Positions 1 through 15,000 of a stretch of 64,000 nt of DNA are shown piece by piece. The translations under genes and the position numbers were made by a program. Origin of the DNA: an uncultured Planctomycetia bacterium (GTDB lineage: Bacteria > Omnitrophota > Gorgyraeia > Tantalellales > Tantalellaceae); NCBI GenBank assembly GCA_964409365.1, contig CAYPCX010000002.1, forward strand, positions 160,984 to 224,983. The letters are read 5' to 3'. The notes under the pieces are model-generated. The model did no database searches, was not told the origin of the DNA, and saw only the letters and a list, made by a program, of their open reading frames with translations. The first letter of the stretch is position 1, and every line of letters begins with the position of its first letter.

Positions 1-1
1 T

Positions 2-3000
2 TATGCCGATGCCGATAAACTCAAGAAGGAGATCGACAAGCTCACGGGCGAACTGGCGGAATACGTGCAGAAGGAATCGGCAGATCCCCTGACCGGTTTT
101 CATGATGTCCAGCGCAGGTGGGTGAGCAGTAATGACGAAATAGAGGATCGTCTCACGGGTAATGTCAGAGCCGCGCTTTCGGGGATCCTCGTTCAAAAAC
201 TTGGGGCTTCAGAAGAGACAGCAGAGACAGCAAGGGAAGTCCATATGGCCGTTATGGAAGGCAGATATAAGGATGCCCGCGAGACCATGATGCAGGAAGG
301 TATCGGAGAAGAACGGACCGTGGAAATACTTCAGGCCGTGATAGCTTTGATGGAACACGATTATACCGAAGCGGAACAGGCTTTGACAAAGCAGGATATT
401 TCAGAGAGTGCTGCCAAAGAAATGGTGAACAGATCAAAGCGCGCCCGGGACGCCCTGCGGGTCATGACCGCGGTAAGAGGGCGCAGGTATGACGAAGCCG
501 AGTATATCCTGGTTGAAAGGTATAAAATAGACGCGACAACAGCCGGGAGTATAATTGACGGCCTGAAGGCGGGTCAGAGTGACGCGATAATCGAGCTTAC
601 TGGTGTGTTGAAGACCTCTGATGTGGCAGCCAGAGCGGAGACCGCGGATGAGATCAAAAGCGCGGTACGGGAACGCGAGGCGCTGGAGCTGGAATGGAAA
701 GTGTACACTGAAGCGGCAAAAAGGGAAAAAGAACGCCAGAACACGATGGTAAGGAAGAACCAGGATAAGCGGATCACGATAAAGGAACAGTCCAGGATAG
801 ACGCGATGATAAGGTCCATAACCGGGGATGACCAGAAGCTCGCTAATTACGCAAAGAATTTCTTCTATTTTGAGGCCTCAGGGCTTGTCCAGCTGGCGCT
901 TGAGCGGGCCGGTTTGACCTGGAAAGACTGCCTGGCCGACAGGAGGAACGAGCTGAAGTTCCTGGAACAGTTGTCGGAGGTATTACACGGTCAGTATGGT
1001 ATAACGTTGGAAGATGGTTTCGTGTTCGAGAATATACTGAGCGATCTGAGGAAAAAAGACCTGATCTGGATGCCGGGGATACGGAAAACGCGAAGAGACC
1101 AGATCGAGCAGAAAGATATAGTGACTTTCATAACCGAGTTCATTGTTCCCGAGTCCCGTTACTATGACCCGGAGACGCTGAAAGATTACATGCAGGCCGT
1201 AAAATCCGACTATTTCGAGAAAGAACGGGACAAGAAAGGCGCGGCGCGCTGGTGGCATGGTGTTAAGATGAGAGCATGGCTGGGTCTGGACTTTCTTGAC
1301 AGGGGAAAGGGCCTGGCAAAGGAAGCCGCCAAGTTAAGCGTGAAGAAAAGACAGGCTGAGTTTACCGAGAAAAAACGCGCCGCGAAAATGGAAAAACTGG
1401 CTAAAGAGATGGGCATAAGCGTGGATGAGTTGGTAAAAAGGTATAAGGATGCCTTGAGTAACGCCTTTCTGGACACCAAGGGCCTGGACAGGCCCTTGAC
1501 GAAAGTTCTTGGTGAACTGACAGAGGACCTTGATGTAGAATCCACGGTTCCCGGGTCCGGGGAGGAACTGAAGAACAAGCTCAGGGAAAAAGCGCATTCC
1601 GAAGGCGCTTTCAAACTCCTGGTATGGGTAGAGCGTCTTGACGCGAGTGGGAAGAACGCCGAGGAGTTTTATGAAATGGCGGAAGCTGAAGCGGGCAAGT
1701 TCGACAGGGAAACGAAGACGGACAAGGAGACGGACATCTCCGCGGAGGATGTGGGAAGCACGCAGCGCGCGGTTGAAGAAAGAAAAATTACCAGGTACGC
1801 GCACGAGCGCGGTGAGCATCTGAGAGTAGCAAGGACCGCGAAGCGGGCGGAACTTCCCGTAATAGAGCTGCCGGTGAAGAAAAAGGAAGGTGAAGAGGAA
1901 CAGGCGGTGAGGGAAGAGGAACCGCCGGCGCGTGATACGACAGTTGAATTGAAGTTTCAGGCACAGGAACAAAAGGCGAGAGAGACGCCCGAACCGGATA
2001 AAGCTATCGTGTACGGAAAGGAAGAACTTGGCGAGAAAGAACTGCCGGAGGTATCGGCGAAAAGAGACGACGCTGTCAAGGATAAACGGATCGATGCGCA
2101 GAAAAAGGAGGTCGAGGCAAGCGGTGAAAAGCAGGAGGTGATGGACAAGGCGACCGAAATAAAGGTGGAGATAGACGGAAAAGAGGTCATTGTCCCGACG
2201 GTGCTGCTGGAAGAAACGGAAGGCCCGGCAGCGGCCGCCCGGGCCATGGTCGCCGCCCAGGCCAGGGCATATGAAAAAGCTCATGCCGCGGGGCTTCCCG
2301 TGCCGGGGCCGCCTGAGGAAAGCCACGTGGTCTTTGTGGGTAAAGCCGCCAAGGCGTTCGAAGAACTTGATGAGGAACGCCAGAAGGAAGCGGTGAAGGA
2401 AGCCCTTTCCTGCGAGGAAGTCCGGGAAGCTCCGGAAGATCTCCGGAAATACGTTGTAGTGAAAGACCTTACACAGGTAGAGACCACGAGTGAAGAAGGC
2501 GAAGAGGTCGGATATCACCGGGAGTATGGTGTCGTGGCGGCAAGCCCGGAAACCGCCAGTGAGATGATGCAGGTATGGGGCGAGTGGACCAAAAGCGGCC
2601 GGGAGGACGCGGCCGCGGCAGCAAAGAAGTTCAACGGCCTTTTCGGTAAAAGATCGGGATATGCGGATGTTCTGGGAGGGCATTTCTTCTACCGTTCCGA
2701 AAGTGCAAGGACGCTCGATGAAGGAAGTGTTAAGGCCTGGAGCCTTATCGACGGGGAAAAACGCGACGCCGGTTTTAGGCGGTATACGGGCCAGCTCGCT
2801 GTTATACAACAGGCCGGCGCGGCAAAACTGAGGGAACACGCCAGGCAAAAGGAACGGGGGGAAGCCCCCGACCGGCCGGATTGGGACGTCGTCCTTGCCA
2901 ATCCCTACATGAGGAGGATCGTTGAATCGAAAGACGAGGTGAAGATCGAATTCAACGCTGAAGGAAAGGTCAGGGTCGGCGAATCGGGCTGGCTCGATGA

Positions 3001-6000
3001 GAAGAGTTTCAGGGATGAGGTCGAGAAAATGGAAAAAGGCGTTAAATACCCGGGAATAGGGGCTTTTGAGCTCAAGGGGCCTGATTGGTGGGAAAGGGTC
3101 CTGAACTGGGTGCGGAATGAAGGGTTCGGATCCCGGAAGTGGTTAAGCGCGGAAGTTATCCCTATCGGTGGGCTCACGGGCACGGCGCTGATAGTTACAG
3201 GTTCTATCCTGACCGTTTTGTGTTCATGGTGGGGTATCGCCGCGATCCTTCTGGGCGTGGCGGTAGGCATGATGCTGGGAAACGTGCGCGTTTCTATGGT
3301 CTCGGTGATAGGCTTTTTTATCCTTTTGAGCAAAGCTTTCTGGGATTTTGGGGTGTTCGTGTTCAAGGATACGCTCTGGAAAAGAGGCGGGGTCAGGATC
3401 CTGCAGAGTTTAAGAGAGGCAAGAACGGATGAAGGATTACTGCGGGAATATTATGCCCCGGAGGAATTCAGCGGGTGGGAGAAGCAGGATGAGGCGAATA
3501 GGGATAGAAGCATAAATGCCTTCTCCGCGCGGATAGATACAGAGTTCACGGTGGAAGAGAAAAATAAACTGGCAGGATGCGGCACGTCGGCTGAGCTTTA
3601 CAGGGAGTCGGCTAAAATACTGGAAAGAGACGCCCTCCATCCGGACTGCAGTTCCGCCCGCAGGGAACGTCTTCTCGAACAGTCTTACCGCTTAGCGATG
3701 GTATCTCACTTGTCGGACGAAGAAGATAAAGAGACCCTGCGCGTTCTGGCGCGGATCTCGGGGGAACGGGGGGACTATGATAATGTCATAAAATTCGGCG
3801 AAAAGGCGCTTGGTCCTGAACGGGAACAGATCGGCTTCGTCGGTGGCGTTTTTGCCGAGCTCCGGGACAGGGTCGGCTTCATCGGTATCCCTCCGGAGGC
3901 TCAGGATATAGCGGCGGTGTTGTACGAAGCTTATACCAGGAAAGGTAAGATGCGGCAGAGGGAGAAAATAAAGAAGGGGATGACCCGTAAAGCTCTCAGG
4001 CAAGGTGTGGAGAGGGTCAGGGCGATACCGGAAGAAGAGAAAGAAGAAGCGGGGTTCTGGAAGAGGTCTTACCAGAATTCGCTTTTGACCAGGAGGATAA
4101 CGGGATTTTTCAAAAAGTATTCCAGCTGGGAATCTTTTAAAGGACTTCTTGGGAATCGACACTTCCAAGCAGGAATGGGTATATTTTCCCTGATATCATG
4201 GATAGCATGGGCGTTCGGCTTGAAGTTGTTAACGGCCGCGGCGTTTTTGTTGCTGGGGAAGGTCGTGCTGGCAGCCGCGTGCGTTATTGCGGTGATCGAC
4301 TTCATCGTTTTACCTTTCTGGCGCTGGTACCGCGCTTTTTCCATGGATTGGGCCACTGCGGGTTACAGGCAAGAGGCCCTGATGATATTGCGAGGGGAAG
4401 ACGTAAGGACAGCCGTGGAATTGGCCGAACAGAACCAGGATGAAGCCGATCAGATACTGGATGCGTTCGATTCAACGCTCGTATCCGGGGCGGGACGCTT
4501 CTTTTTCTGGCTGGCGCCTTTCTTTTTTGACGAGAAGACGGTCTCTTCCATCCTGAATTCGGCGGAATATTATCTTAACCATATCGAGGACAGGGAAGCG
4601 GGCATGAACAGGGCCGAGAAACTGCTTCGGCCGCTGCAGACAATAGGCGGCAGGGCGTTTATCCTTAGGCCCGGGAACCGGGAATTGCGCGAGAGGTTGG
4701 ACCTGCTTGAAGGTCTGGTCCGCATCAGGAAGGGAGAGACGGATATCGTCGTCGCCGGCAGGCCGCTTTCCGGCGTGACGGGCGAGTTTTTCGACGATAA
4801 AGGTAAATTAAAAGATGATATCAATGCGGAGACGCTCGGGGTTCTCGCCCAGGCCTTTGAGGCCCAGGCGCGGGAAGAAGAGCGTGAAACGGTCATCGGC
4901 AAGCTGGAAGGATTACGCGACGTGTTTTTGCCCAAGCCGGACGAGGAAGAGGTGGTCGGCGGAGACGGTAAGGTAATAAGCGAGGATAAAAAAGCGTATG
5001 TAACGGGACGGGATATACGGTCTGAAGAAAAAAGAAAAGAGTTCGACAGTCTGAACAATATGGTAGCGAGGCTCAGAAAAGGCGAAAAGGGAGAGGAGAC
5101 CATTAAAGGGAAAGAAGAGGGGTCGAAAAAGGCCACGGATGCCCGCGCCGGGGTGGAGAAAAGGGAAGAAGTGAGCGTTCCCGAGGCCGAGGAGGAACCC
5201 GCAAAACCGGAGATAGTCCGTTCTGCCGGGGAGCTTGAAGAAGAGCGAAAGATCCTTGAGGCGAAGTACAGGCAGGCCCCGGGTGATATGGATACGAGGA
5301 AAGAGCTTGTAAAGGTCCACAGGGACCTCGCGAAAGCTTACGCGAAAGAGGAAGAGACCGCATGGTTCCCGCGCCGCTGGTGGAGACGGCTAAGGGGGAT
5401 AAGGCAGTGGAACCTTGAGGAAGCGGTAAGGCTGGCAAGGGAAGGCGACACGTATATTGACGGTGGATTGGCCGCCGAAAGGCTTATAGAGCACGGTATC
5501 GATCATGTTTACGGCGCGCCGTGGTACAGGCGTTTTTACGAAGGCAGGCTTATAAAGGACATGGGACTTATCCGGGAAGCGCTGGACACGGTCAGACAAA
5601 AAATAGAAAGCAGAGAGCCTCTTTCCGATGAGGAAAAGGAACTCATGGCGGTCGCGTTCTCGAACCTTCAAAAATTGACGGCAATGCTGCTGGATACCCG
5701 GTGGGCCAGGGATCTTCACCATCCCCGGGCGGGTCCCATCAAGGTACTTCTGGTAGAGGGGTTATCGCCGGTGCTTGAATTCTTTGCCTCCCGGGCGCCT
5801 ACGGAGGAGATCACTGCCGAGACGATAGATGCGGCTAAAGAAATGAAAAACGTAGTAGATGAAAAACTTAAAGAGGATCTTAGTAACCTGCGGCCGTGGT
5901 GGTGGCAGAGGATAGGGCTAAGGTACGGCTTGTGGTCTCTGGGGCGCAGGCTCGGGAAGGTCCAAAGGGCGATAGATGACGCCAAGCGCGATCAGAAGGT

Positions 6001-9000
6001 CGAGGGCATAGATAGAACGCGGGATATTGAAGGTTTCAATGACGAAAAAAGAAAAATATTGGAAGTGACCGCGAAAACCCGGCTCCACCTTTTGGTCATA
6101 AACGCGAGCAGGGCTAAAGCGATCGAGAAGGATCCGGCAGAAGCATGGGGTTTTATCGTGAGGGTCCTTGGCGGAGACATTGATAAATGCGTGGGAGAGT
6201 GTACCGCCAGCGGAGCCATATATACGGATCATGATAAATTCATGGAGATGATCGAAAATAAGGTCGCGGAAGCGGAAAAGGAGGCCGGGGTCGAGGTCCC
6301 CGATATCGTTAAGGCGATGTTCCTGCGCCGCTTTGAAGTGGCCTGGGCTGAAGCCAACCGCAGGCAGTATAGCGATAAACAACTTGAAGACATGAAAAAA
6401 AGACTCGTTGAGTTAACGACAGAAGAACGGAAAAGAGCGAGCAAGGAGATAACGGGAGAGGAGGAGAGGATAAAAAGGTTAACTAAAGCGCCGCTGGGAG
6501 AGATATTCATCGCGCCGGTACCGGATCCGGACCTGCCGGACGCGTTTAAGGCATGGTTATCGCAGAGAAGGGAGCAGTTTTTGGAAAAAGCCGGTAATGT
6601 TATACTGAATAAGATGCTGGGTGAGGTGGAGAAACTTCTGAAGAAACAACCTGAAGATATCGGCTTGCTGGCCCTGAGAAAGGATCTTCTCAGGAGGATC
6701 TACGTGGGGACCGCCATGGAAGAAGCGAAAACCGAAGAAAGGGATGTCGTAGTTACGGATAGAATAGAGGACTTTATCGATACGTGTCTTTTCATAATGG
6801 AGCTTTCCGATGACCCCGCTCAAAGGGAAGAGGTGCGGGATGAGCTCAGAGATCTTCTCTCGAGGATGCCCCCGGGTGAAAGGACAAAATTCAGTGACAA
6901 GGTCCAGAAGAGGATCAAGGAAGCCCGCAAAGAGGCTGAACGCCCCGATGCGATGAAAAAGGATATAGACAGGTACGCCGGTTTCCTGGGGGCGGCCTTT
7001 TATCTTGTTGATGAGATACCTGTGAAAAGGGAGATCGTCCAGGAGCTGTTCGAACTGGCGAGGGAAAAGGACGATCCGGGTGTTCTCGCGATAGCCGAAG
7101 AGACCGGGAAAAGCCTTCTGGATCTGAATTTTACCGGACAGCCGGACCAGCTTAAGGAGTTCGTGAAGTTCCTTCTTTTGACCTACCCTGAAGGTGATCC
7201 CGACAGGGCTATATCCGTGTTCGATTTCCTGAAGGGTACGATCAAGGGGTTGAGGCAAAAAGCGATCGAAACGGCACGTGTCGATCTTGATAAGGTTTTC
7301 AGGTTCGAGACGATCAGGATCATCGGGGAGGTCCTGACCGATGAAGCGAACACCGGAAGTTTGATAAGCATGGCCCCGGGACCGTTACCGGAAAAGGACA
7401 GGTATCTTTCTTCTTTGCATAACCTCTATATAAGCCTGGAAAAGACGGAGTCCGATATCTCGGCTGAAAAAGAAAGACTGGAAACGGAGCCGGCCAGGCT
7501 TCAGGCATTCGAGGATAAGGTGAAAGGCCTGGTCAGCGTGCTTGAGGAGTGTAAAAAGCGCCTCGGTAAAAAGGAGAGAACAGAGAAGGGTATCGCTGTT
7601 TATACTCCCGGTTCTATCAAGGAAACGCTTCATGATACGAGGAGGGAAATAGAGCTCGAGGCAAGACGTGGATATTGGCAGGCCTTGCGTAACGATGCCG
7701 AGGCTTCCTACAGGGAGGGAGAGAATAAGGCCGCGGCGGATGACGAAGAGGGTTCGGAGAAAGCTTATGAGGCGGCTATAGAGACCGGCAAGAAAATGAT
7801 CAAGGACGGCCGGGAGACCGGGTACATAACGGGACGGGGCGGAGTCGCGGACGATGTTGATAAAGAAACAGCGGACATGGCCCGGGATGTCAACGACAGG
7901 ATCATACTCTCCTACAGGGGGCTTATAAGGTCCCTTGAAAGGCAGGGAAAACCCGCCGAGGCGGCCGAAAAAGAGTTCGAGATGCGGCACTGGGCGGCAG
8001 ACAACAACAATACCCTCCAGAACGTGCCCGGCGACGAACGTGTCGCCGCCGAAAAGGCCAGAGAGCGGATGATACGCATGGAACCCGATAAAGCGGAACT
8101 TTTCCGCGACGCGGCGAAGGCGAGAAGCTCTTTGCACGAAGACACGTACAAGGCCGCCAGGGCTAAAGGGAAGGAGCTGGACGAGACGCGAAAGAAAATA
8201 GACGAGACGGCAAAAGAAATAAGCGCTTCCCGCAAGAAAGCGGACGGGATACGGCAGGATATTAAACAGCGGGAAGCGGAAGAGAAAACCTTCCGGGACA
8301 GGATCAAAGACATAAGGGCGCGGATAGCGAAGAACCTGGCAGGGGGGGAGTCCATATTACAGCAGGAGCCTTTGTTCCAGGAGGCGTTGAAGGAGCAGTT
8401 CAGGCTGGAAGAGAAACGGGAAGAGTTGAAAAAGCTGAGGGAACAACTTGATGAAGAAGAAAAGAAGGTCGAGGAGCAGCGCAAGGGAAAAGAAGACCTT
8501 GAGGGCACGTTAGAAAAACAGAAATTGGAGCTGGAACTTATCGAAGACCGGCAAAAAGCCGAATCCGCGAACATGAGCGTGCCTATCGATTTCGGCGAGG
8601 AGAGGGACAGTTTCCAGCGATCCACCATTGATTATATCCGTGCTATCGAGCTGGCGGAGAAAGATAAGCAGGATATCGCCGACGGCGCCGCCGAAGGGCT
8701 GGTATATTTGAGCGGTACGCCGGAAAACACCGGGTTCATCCTCGGCCGGGTGCAGCAGTCCCTGGATTCGCTGGATGAGAGGATCAGGGACAGGAAGAAA
8801 AGGAGGCTCGCCCGCCAGCGGCTGGAGAAGGCGAAGATCGGGATCCTGCAGGGTCTTTTGGAGACAAAAGAAAAGAGCGGCCGGGAAGCGCTCATGGACG
8901 AGATGAGGACCGTGACCGAAGAGACCGCGCAGGTCACTGTCACGGTCGAAGGAAAACCGTTCACGGTCACGGTGGACAGTGTAGAGCTTCTGGAGTTCCT

Positions 9001-12000
9001 GACGGAAGAGAAAGACTACGCCTCGGCGGAACTGCTGGTCTCCGTCGCCGGGAACAACCGGGAAAATATCCCGGGGGTCATTGCCAGGCAGAAACTCCTT
9101 CAACGGATGCATGAGGATACGGGGCTTGCCGAAGAGGTCGACGTCGGGCCGGACGGGTCCCTGTTTGAAGAATTCGCCTACGCGACCACCAAAGACGAAG
9201 AAGAAGACATAGAAGATCCCTTTGAAAGGGGCGGTAAGGTCAATGATAAGAAGAACGCCCTGGCCCGGAGTTTGGGGGGACTTTTCGGGTTCAAAGAACT
9301 CGTGGACGCGGTGAGGGCCAGGCACGCCGCTGAAACGCCCTGGGAGAAAATGGACGAGGGAGTGCAAAGGGAACTGGTCGCGGATTCTCTTTCTTTTGCC
9401 GCGCTGAATTCATGGATCGATACCGGCGGGAAGGTGACCCCTGAGCTTAAAAGCGAACTTGCCGGTGCGGAGGATTTCGCTGAACTGGGGTCCCGGATCG
9501 ACAGGGAAAGGGAAGCGCCGGAAGAGCTCAGATCGGAACTGTTCCGGCAGGAGACCGAGCTTGCCATGCTGAAGTCAAGGGTCAGCAGGAGGATGAACGT
9601 CGCGGAAGAGATCAGGGCCGAAGCTGACAGGGTGAACTTGAGCGTCGAAGCCCGCGACCGGGCAAAAGCCCTCGGTCTTTACGAGGAGGCTATAGAGGCC
9701 GGGCTTGACAGCAGGTCTGAAACCATGGTGCATTTCCAGATGGGGGATACGTACGAAAGGATGAAATCTCGCAGTAATGCCATAGAATCTTACAAGAAGG
9801 TACTTGAAAAAGGCGGGGATGAGGATGAAGTCCTGAGGAACAGGGCTTACCGTCATCTTATCGACCTGTATGGCGAGCTTGACATGCCGCTGGACGTTCT
9901 TACGCTGCACGAGTCCCGGGCGCGTTCTCTCCATGAGATGGCCGAGAAGGCCGAAGATCTGAGGATCAAGAGGGACGCCCTGGGGAAGGCACTGGTCGCG
10001 GTCGACAGGGCCCTTGCCCTTGAGCCCGTTGACGGAACGAGCCTGGCGCTGAAGGCGCGCATATTGAATTCCCAGGCGGATCTTTTCCGGGATGAAGGAC
10101 GAATGAACCGGGCGTTCAGGATCTGCGAAGAGGTGCTGTTCAGGCCGGACGCGAATCTGGCATGGTGGTCGCGTTTATATAACGGCATTTTCCAACGGGC
10201 AAAGATGAAAGCCGTATCCAGGACCGAGGAGGCCGAACTGGAAGCGCGTAAGGTCAGGGCGGAGATACACGCGATGAAGGGGAATGAAAGAGAGGCTTAC
10301 CGGGATGCCCAGCGCATCGAGGATATGGGTGAACCCACGGTCAAGACCCATATGATAGCGGCTGATACGGTCCAGAAACCCATTCCCGGGCTGAAATTCC
10401 TGGGCATGTTCCTGAAGTATGGCTGGCCCGTTATATTGACCGCGGTCCTGGCGTTCCTTATTCCGCAGCTTGGCGCTATGGGAAGCTTTTTAGGAAAGCT
10501 TCCCGGATGGGCAAGTTTTCTTTCCAGGTGGATGCCGTGGATCTCGATAACAGTGTTCGCGGGAGTGGGAGAGGTCGGTTCTTTGTGGGCCAGGAGGAAT
10601 AAAGCCCAGCTTGAGAAGGCGAAGGAGCACTTGCTCAGGGCTGTAGAAGCGGAACCGAAGAACGCGGAGGCAAATGACCGGCTTTTTGAGGTCATGAAGG
10701 AACTTAAAGATCACGAAGGTATAGAAGAGCAGTGTAAAAAGGAAGAAGAAGTGATCAAGGACGACCGGACCAAAAGGGACAGGCTGGATGTCCTGAAAAG
10801 GAGGAGGGCGGTCGCGCTTTTGCGCCGGCAGCAGGATCGCATCCGCGAATGCGTGGATGATCCGGAGGCGGCCGGGGAAGTTAAAGAAGCTATAGAAGAA
10901 GCGAGGAAAATAGTAAAAGACACGACCGATACCGAAGGTGTTGAAAATGAGATAAAAGGGCTTGGCAGTATGATGCCGATGAGGCGTCCGCCGAGGACCA
11001 GGATGGTTTCCGTCATGGGTTTCTGGGTCCGTAGAACAAGGGATCCCGGGGAGCACAACACCCACGAATTGCAGCTTGCTTCCCTGCTTCAGGCCCTTGG
11101 CAGGCAGGACGAGGCCAGAAAAAGGATGGAAGAGCTGGTCCTTAGAGAGGATGTCAGCGAAAACACCAGAGAAGAGGCAAAGAAGGCCCTGGCGGAAGAT
11201 TACAAGGCAAGGGCCGCGGAAGAGACAGAAGAAAGCAAGGCTATAGATATGTATTCCGAAGCTCTTGCCCGCGACCCGAATAACGCGGAAGCCCTTTTGG
11301 AACGCGGGATACTTTTGAGTAAAAGAACGGGTTTTGAGGATCTGGCCAGGGATGATATCGCCAGGGCGCTTGAGATGGGCCAGCCCCTGGAGAAGGAGAA
11401 GGCTGATGAAGGCTACCGGTTCCTGGAAGGATATTATTTCGAGCACGGTGATTATGAATCATGGCTGGACGTAAGGGAAAAGACGCGCGTGAAATGGGAA
11501 GGCTTCGAGGCGGGCAGGCCCGGGATAGCCGAGGCTCAAAAGGTCAATACCGAAGCTGACAGTATGGTCGAAAATATAGGCAAATGGGGCCGGGCGCGTT
11601 CAAGGATAGCGGAGCTGGAAAGGCGGAAAGAAAGAAGGGGCGAGGCCTTTGAAGCGGAATATGAGGCGGAGATCAGGTCTTTGCGGGGGATAAGGAATCC
11701 TCTCGAGGGCCGGGGTGATGACCTTGATCTAGTGAACAGGCTACTGGCCCTTGCCCAAAAATTCGCCAATGAAGGGGAGACAGATAAAGCGATAGATATC
11801 CTTAATGCCGTCGTGGAAGCCGCCAGAGGGAAGCCGCTTGAAGTGCGCGCCCGTTTTGTCCTTGCCGGCGTATATGAGAAAGCCGACCGGGGCGGGGAAC
11901 TCGACGCGGAAATAGAAGATCTGAAGAAACTGGAAGACGGGATGTCGGCAAATGAAAAAGTCGGCCTTATGTTAATGGAGGCAGCCAGAAGAGCGAAGGC

Positions 12001-15000
12001 GGATACCGGTAAGGGGATACGGGAAGGTTTCGAGATACTAAGGGAAGTGATAAGGCTGGGATTGATACATAATGATAAAATAGCCGGCGAATGGTTCGCG
12101 GCAATGGACAGGCTTATAAACGCTCACAGGGCATGGCAGCAAAGGGAAGATAAAGAGGAAACCGACGAGTATAGTGACAGGGCTTTACACACCAATATTT
12201 CCTATACCATGACGGTAATAGGTGAAGAGTCTCAAAAAGGCCCCGCCCACAGGGTGATTCTGTCGCCGGAAAATGTCCGGAAGATGTCTGATATTATCCT
12301 GAGTGACGACATGCCCGTGGTCAGCAGGGACGTGGCCGAGTCGCTTCTATTCGAAGGCAACGAACTTGTCCCCGACGAGAGCCGGGTCGCGGTCTTCGAA
12401 CACCTGGGGCAACGGTTCCAGAAAGCGATCACAGAAGGAGAGAGCTTCGATAAGGATTCTTACAGGGAGCTTTTCAGTAAGTGGAGGGCGCGGGACCGTT
12501 TCAAGGATGTTTGCGGGAAGGGCCTGGGCCTTATTTATGCGAGCAAAGGGAGTAGTATATTCGCCTGGTGGTATCTGGGCAGGAAAGGGCTCAGGGAAAG
12601 CGGGATGACGGCGTTCAATGATTACATGAGGGCGCGGAGATACGAGAGTTTGATAGGCCCGTGGTATCCCAATGCCATAGTGCATGCCGTCAGGAACTAT
12701 GAAAAGGCCCTGCGTGGCGGTATCAGGCAAAGAGAAATACACATGAGGCTGGCCGGACTTTACGGCAGGTTGAACAATGAAAAGAAGGTCTTTGAGCATT
12801 CCGAGAAGGTCCGCGAACTGAGCGAGACCGACAAAGAGAAGGCCGCGGCGGAAACGGAACTGGCGAATGCCTATTTTAACCGGATAAAAGGGTGGTGGTT
12901 CGGTTTGCGCAGGAGAAGGAACGCTATTGCCCTCTTTGACGATGCGGAAAAGATGCTGGATCTTACCGGCGACAGAGGGTTGGACGAGGAAACCGCGAAG
13001 GTTGTTATCGGCAAGCTTGGGAGCGCGGAAAAAGTGTTAAAGAGAAGCTATACCGGCGACGGTTTCCTGTGGCGGAAGAAAGCATGGCGCTGGGTCACGG
13101 GAAGTCCCGCGCCGCGCGTGCCGAGGGATGTAAGGATCCGCGGGATGTATCTGAAAGGCCAATGTTATCTTGCCCTGAATACGGAGGAAGGGACACGGGA
13201 GGCATGGGAACAGTTTGATGAGATCAATAAGATAGACGGCAGGGATGAACGCGGCCTCATGGGGTTGAGGGAATGTGCCTTGAGGGATGGGATGGAGAAC
13301 GAAGCCATGAGGTATCATGAACAGGCCCTGGCACTGGGCTCGTCCCTTGCGCAGGAAGAGTCCAAGGATATGGCGGCGATCTATAAAAACAAGGCCGATA
13401 AAGGGAAGGATATAACGGTGAGGATGCCGCTGGAACAGGAGCCGGTCCCCCTTACTCCTTTAGACTGCCTGGAAAGGGCGGCTTCCCTGGATCCCGAAGA
13501 CGAAGAGCTCAAACTTGTCCTTGCCGAAGCCAGATTTGAGAACGGTGAAGTTCAAAAGTCCCTGGAAGTGTTGAACGCCCTGCGGGACAAGGAAGAACCC
13601 GGGGGGTTCGAAGGGTTGCGGGAAAGGACCCAGAAAGCCGGTAAGGACGGAGCTGTTATCGCGGTACGCGCCCAGGAGCTGAACGACAGGATATCGGGAA
13701 GGGTCGCGAGGGAAGAGGAAAGGGACAGGATCACGGGTAAGTACCCGGTGAAAGGCGGGGTTGAGATCTATACAAGGACCGTTGAACAGCTTGCCGAGGC
13801 GGAAGGTAAAGCCAGGGATATTGACGTAAAAGTTCGCGAGATCGCGACTGCGCGAGCTGAAATTGTGAGCAAGGGAGAAACCGTATCCCCGGAACAGCTG
13901 GACGAATGGAGGAGGGACGTTATCGCTTTCGGACTGCCCGGCAGGATCACGAAAAGTGACGTGGAAAAGATGGGAACGGATGAGCTTCTGCTTCAGCTCG
14001 AGGAAAGGAAAAACGAGCTGGCGCGCGCCGCGCGGGTCCATGAACAGAAACTCTCGGGGATAGATATAAGTGCCGTTCCTTCGGTTGTCGCGAAAAGGTT
14101 GTTGAACCTGGCGCAGAGCGTCCGGGAGGCAGGAAAACCGCATCAAGCGCTCGTGATAGCACGGAGTGCGGAAAAGATCAAAGGCGTAAGTCCCGATATC
14201 GGGATCGATATCAAGTTTACCATGGCATCATGCCATGCGGATCTGAACCAATTTAAAGAAGCGAAGGATATTTATGGGGACCTGCAAAAGCGCCCGGACA
14301 GCTCGGGTATCAGGGCCCGTTTGGCTCTCATGGGCCTTGAAGACAATAAAGCCCGGTCCGGTATCTCGAAATTAGAACAGGATAAGACCATTACCGACGC
14401 TGACAGAACGGCGAGGATCAAGACCGTAAGGATAGAAAGGGACCGCGCGATAATCAAGCTGGGAGAAGGTCTACCCGGGGAGTTCGCTAATTTAGCGGAG
14501 GAAGAAAAGACAAAGTTCAGGGAAAACGCTGACCTCAACAAGGAGCTTATACAGGGGTTCAGGAGGTTCTTTGAGGTTCTCCGCGGGCGCGGTGGCAGCG
14601 AGGACATAGCGGCGATCATTGAGCAGTTATCCAATATCGCTTCAATATTCAACCTGGGGACCCTCAGCCAAGACGTGAACTTTAAGGAAAACGCGGAAAT
14701 AGGCAATTTTATCCTTTCCGAACTTAACATGATATTGAGTAACGAAAGCCTTAAGAGTGAAGTGGATATGGAAGCCGGGCATTTCAAAAAGCTGGCCGGG
14801 GCATTGAACAACATGGCCATCTATTCAATGAACACGGCCGTTATGATCGCGTTGATCGATTTCTTTTTGAATTCCGATGGTAAGTTTAAAGGGATACTGT
14901 TCAACGTTCTGTCAACCCAGAAGAAGGCTTTTACGCAGGAGCAGTCTTTCAAGGTGGCCGATCGATTGGATGGACGCCTGAGAGACAGGAAAGAGACCGG

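Noticed and set aside
1638-1823. Short + strand ORFs in alternative frames inside the giant genes: 1638-1823, 2190-2396, 25937-26155, 27340-27573, 52433-52957 and others
   Set aside because: They overlap the giant ORFs out of frame and are Arg/Pro-rich GC-frame artefacts with no start context. No independent support.
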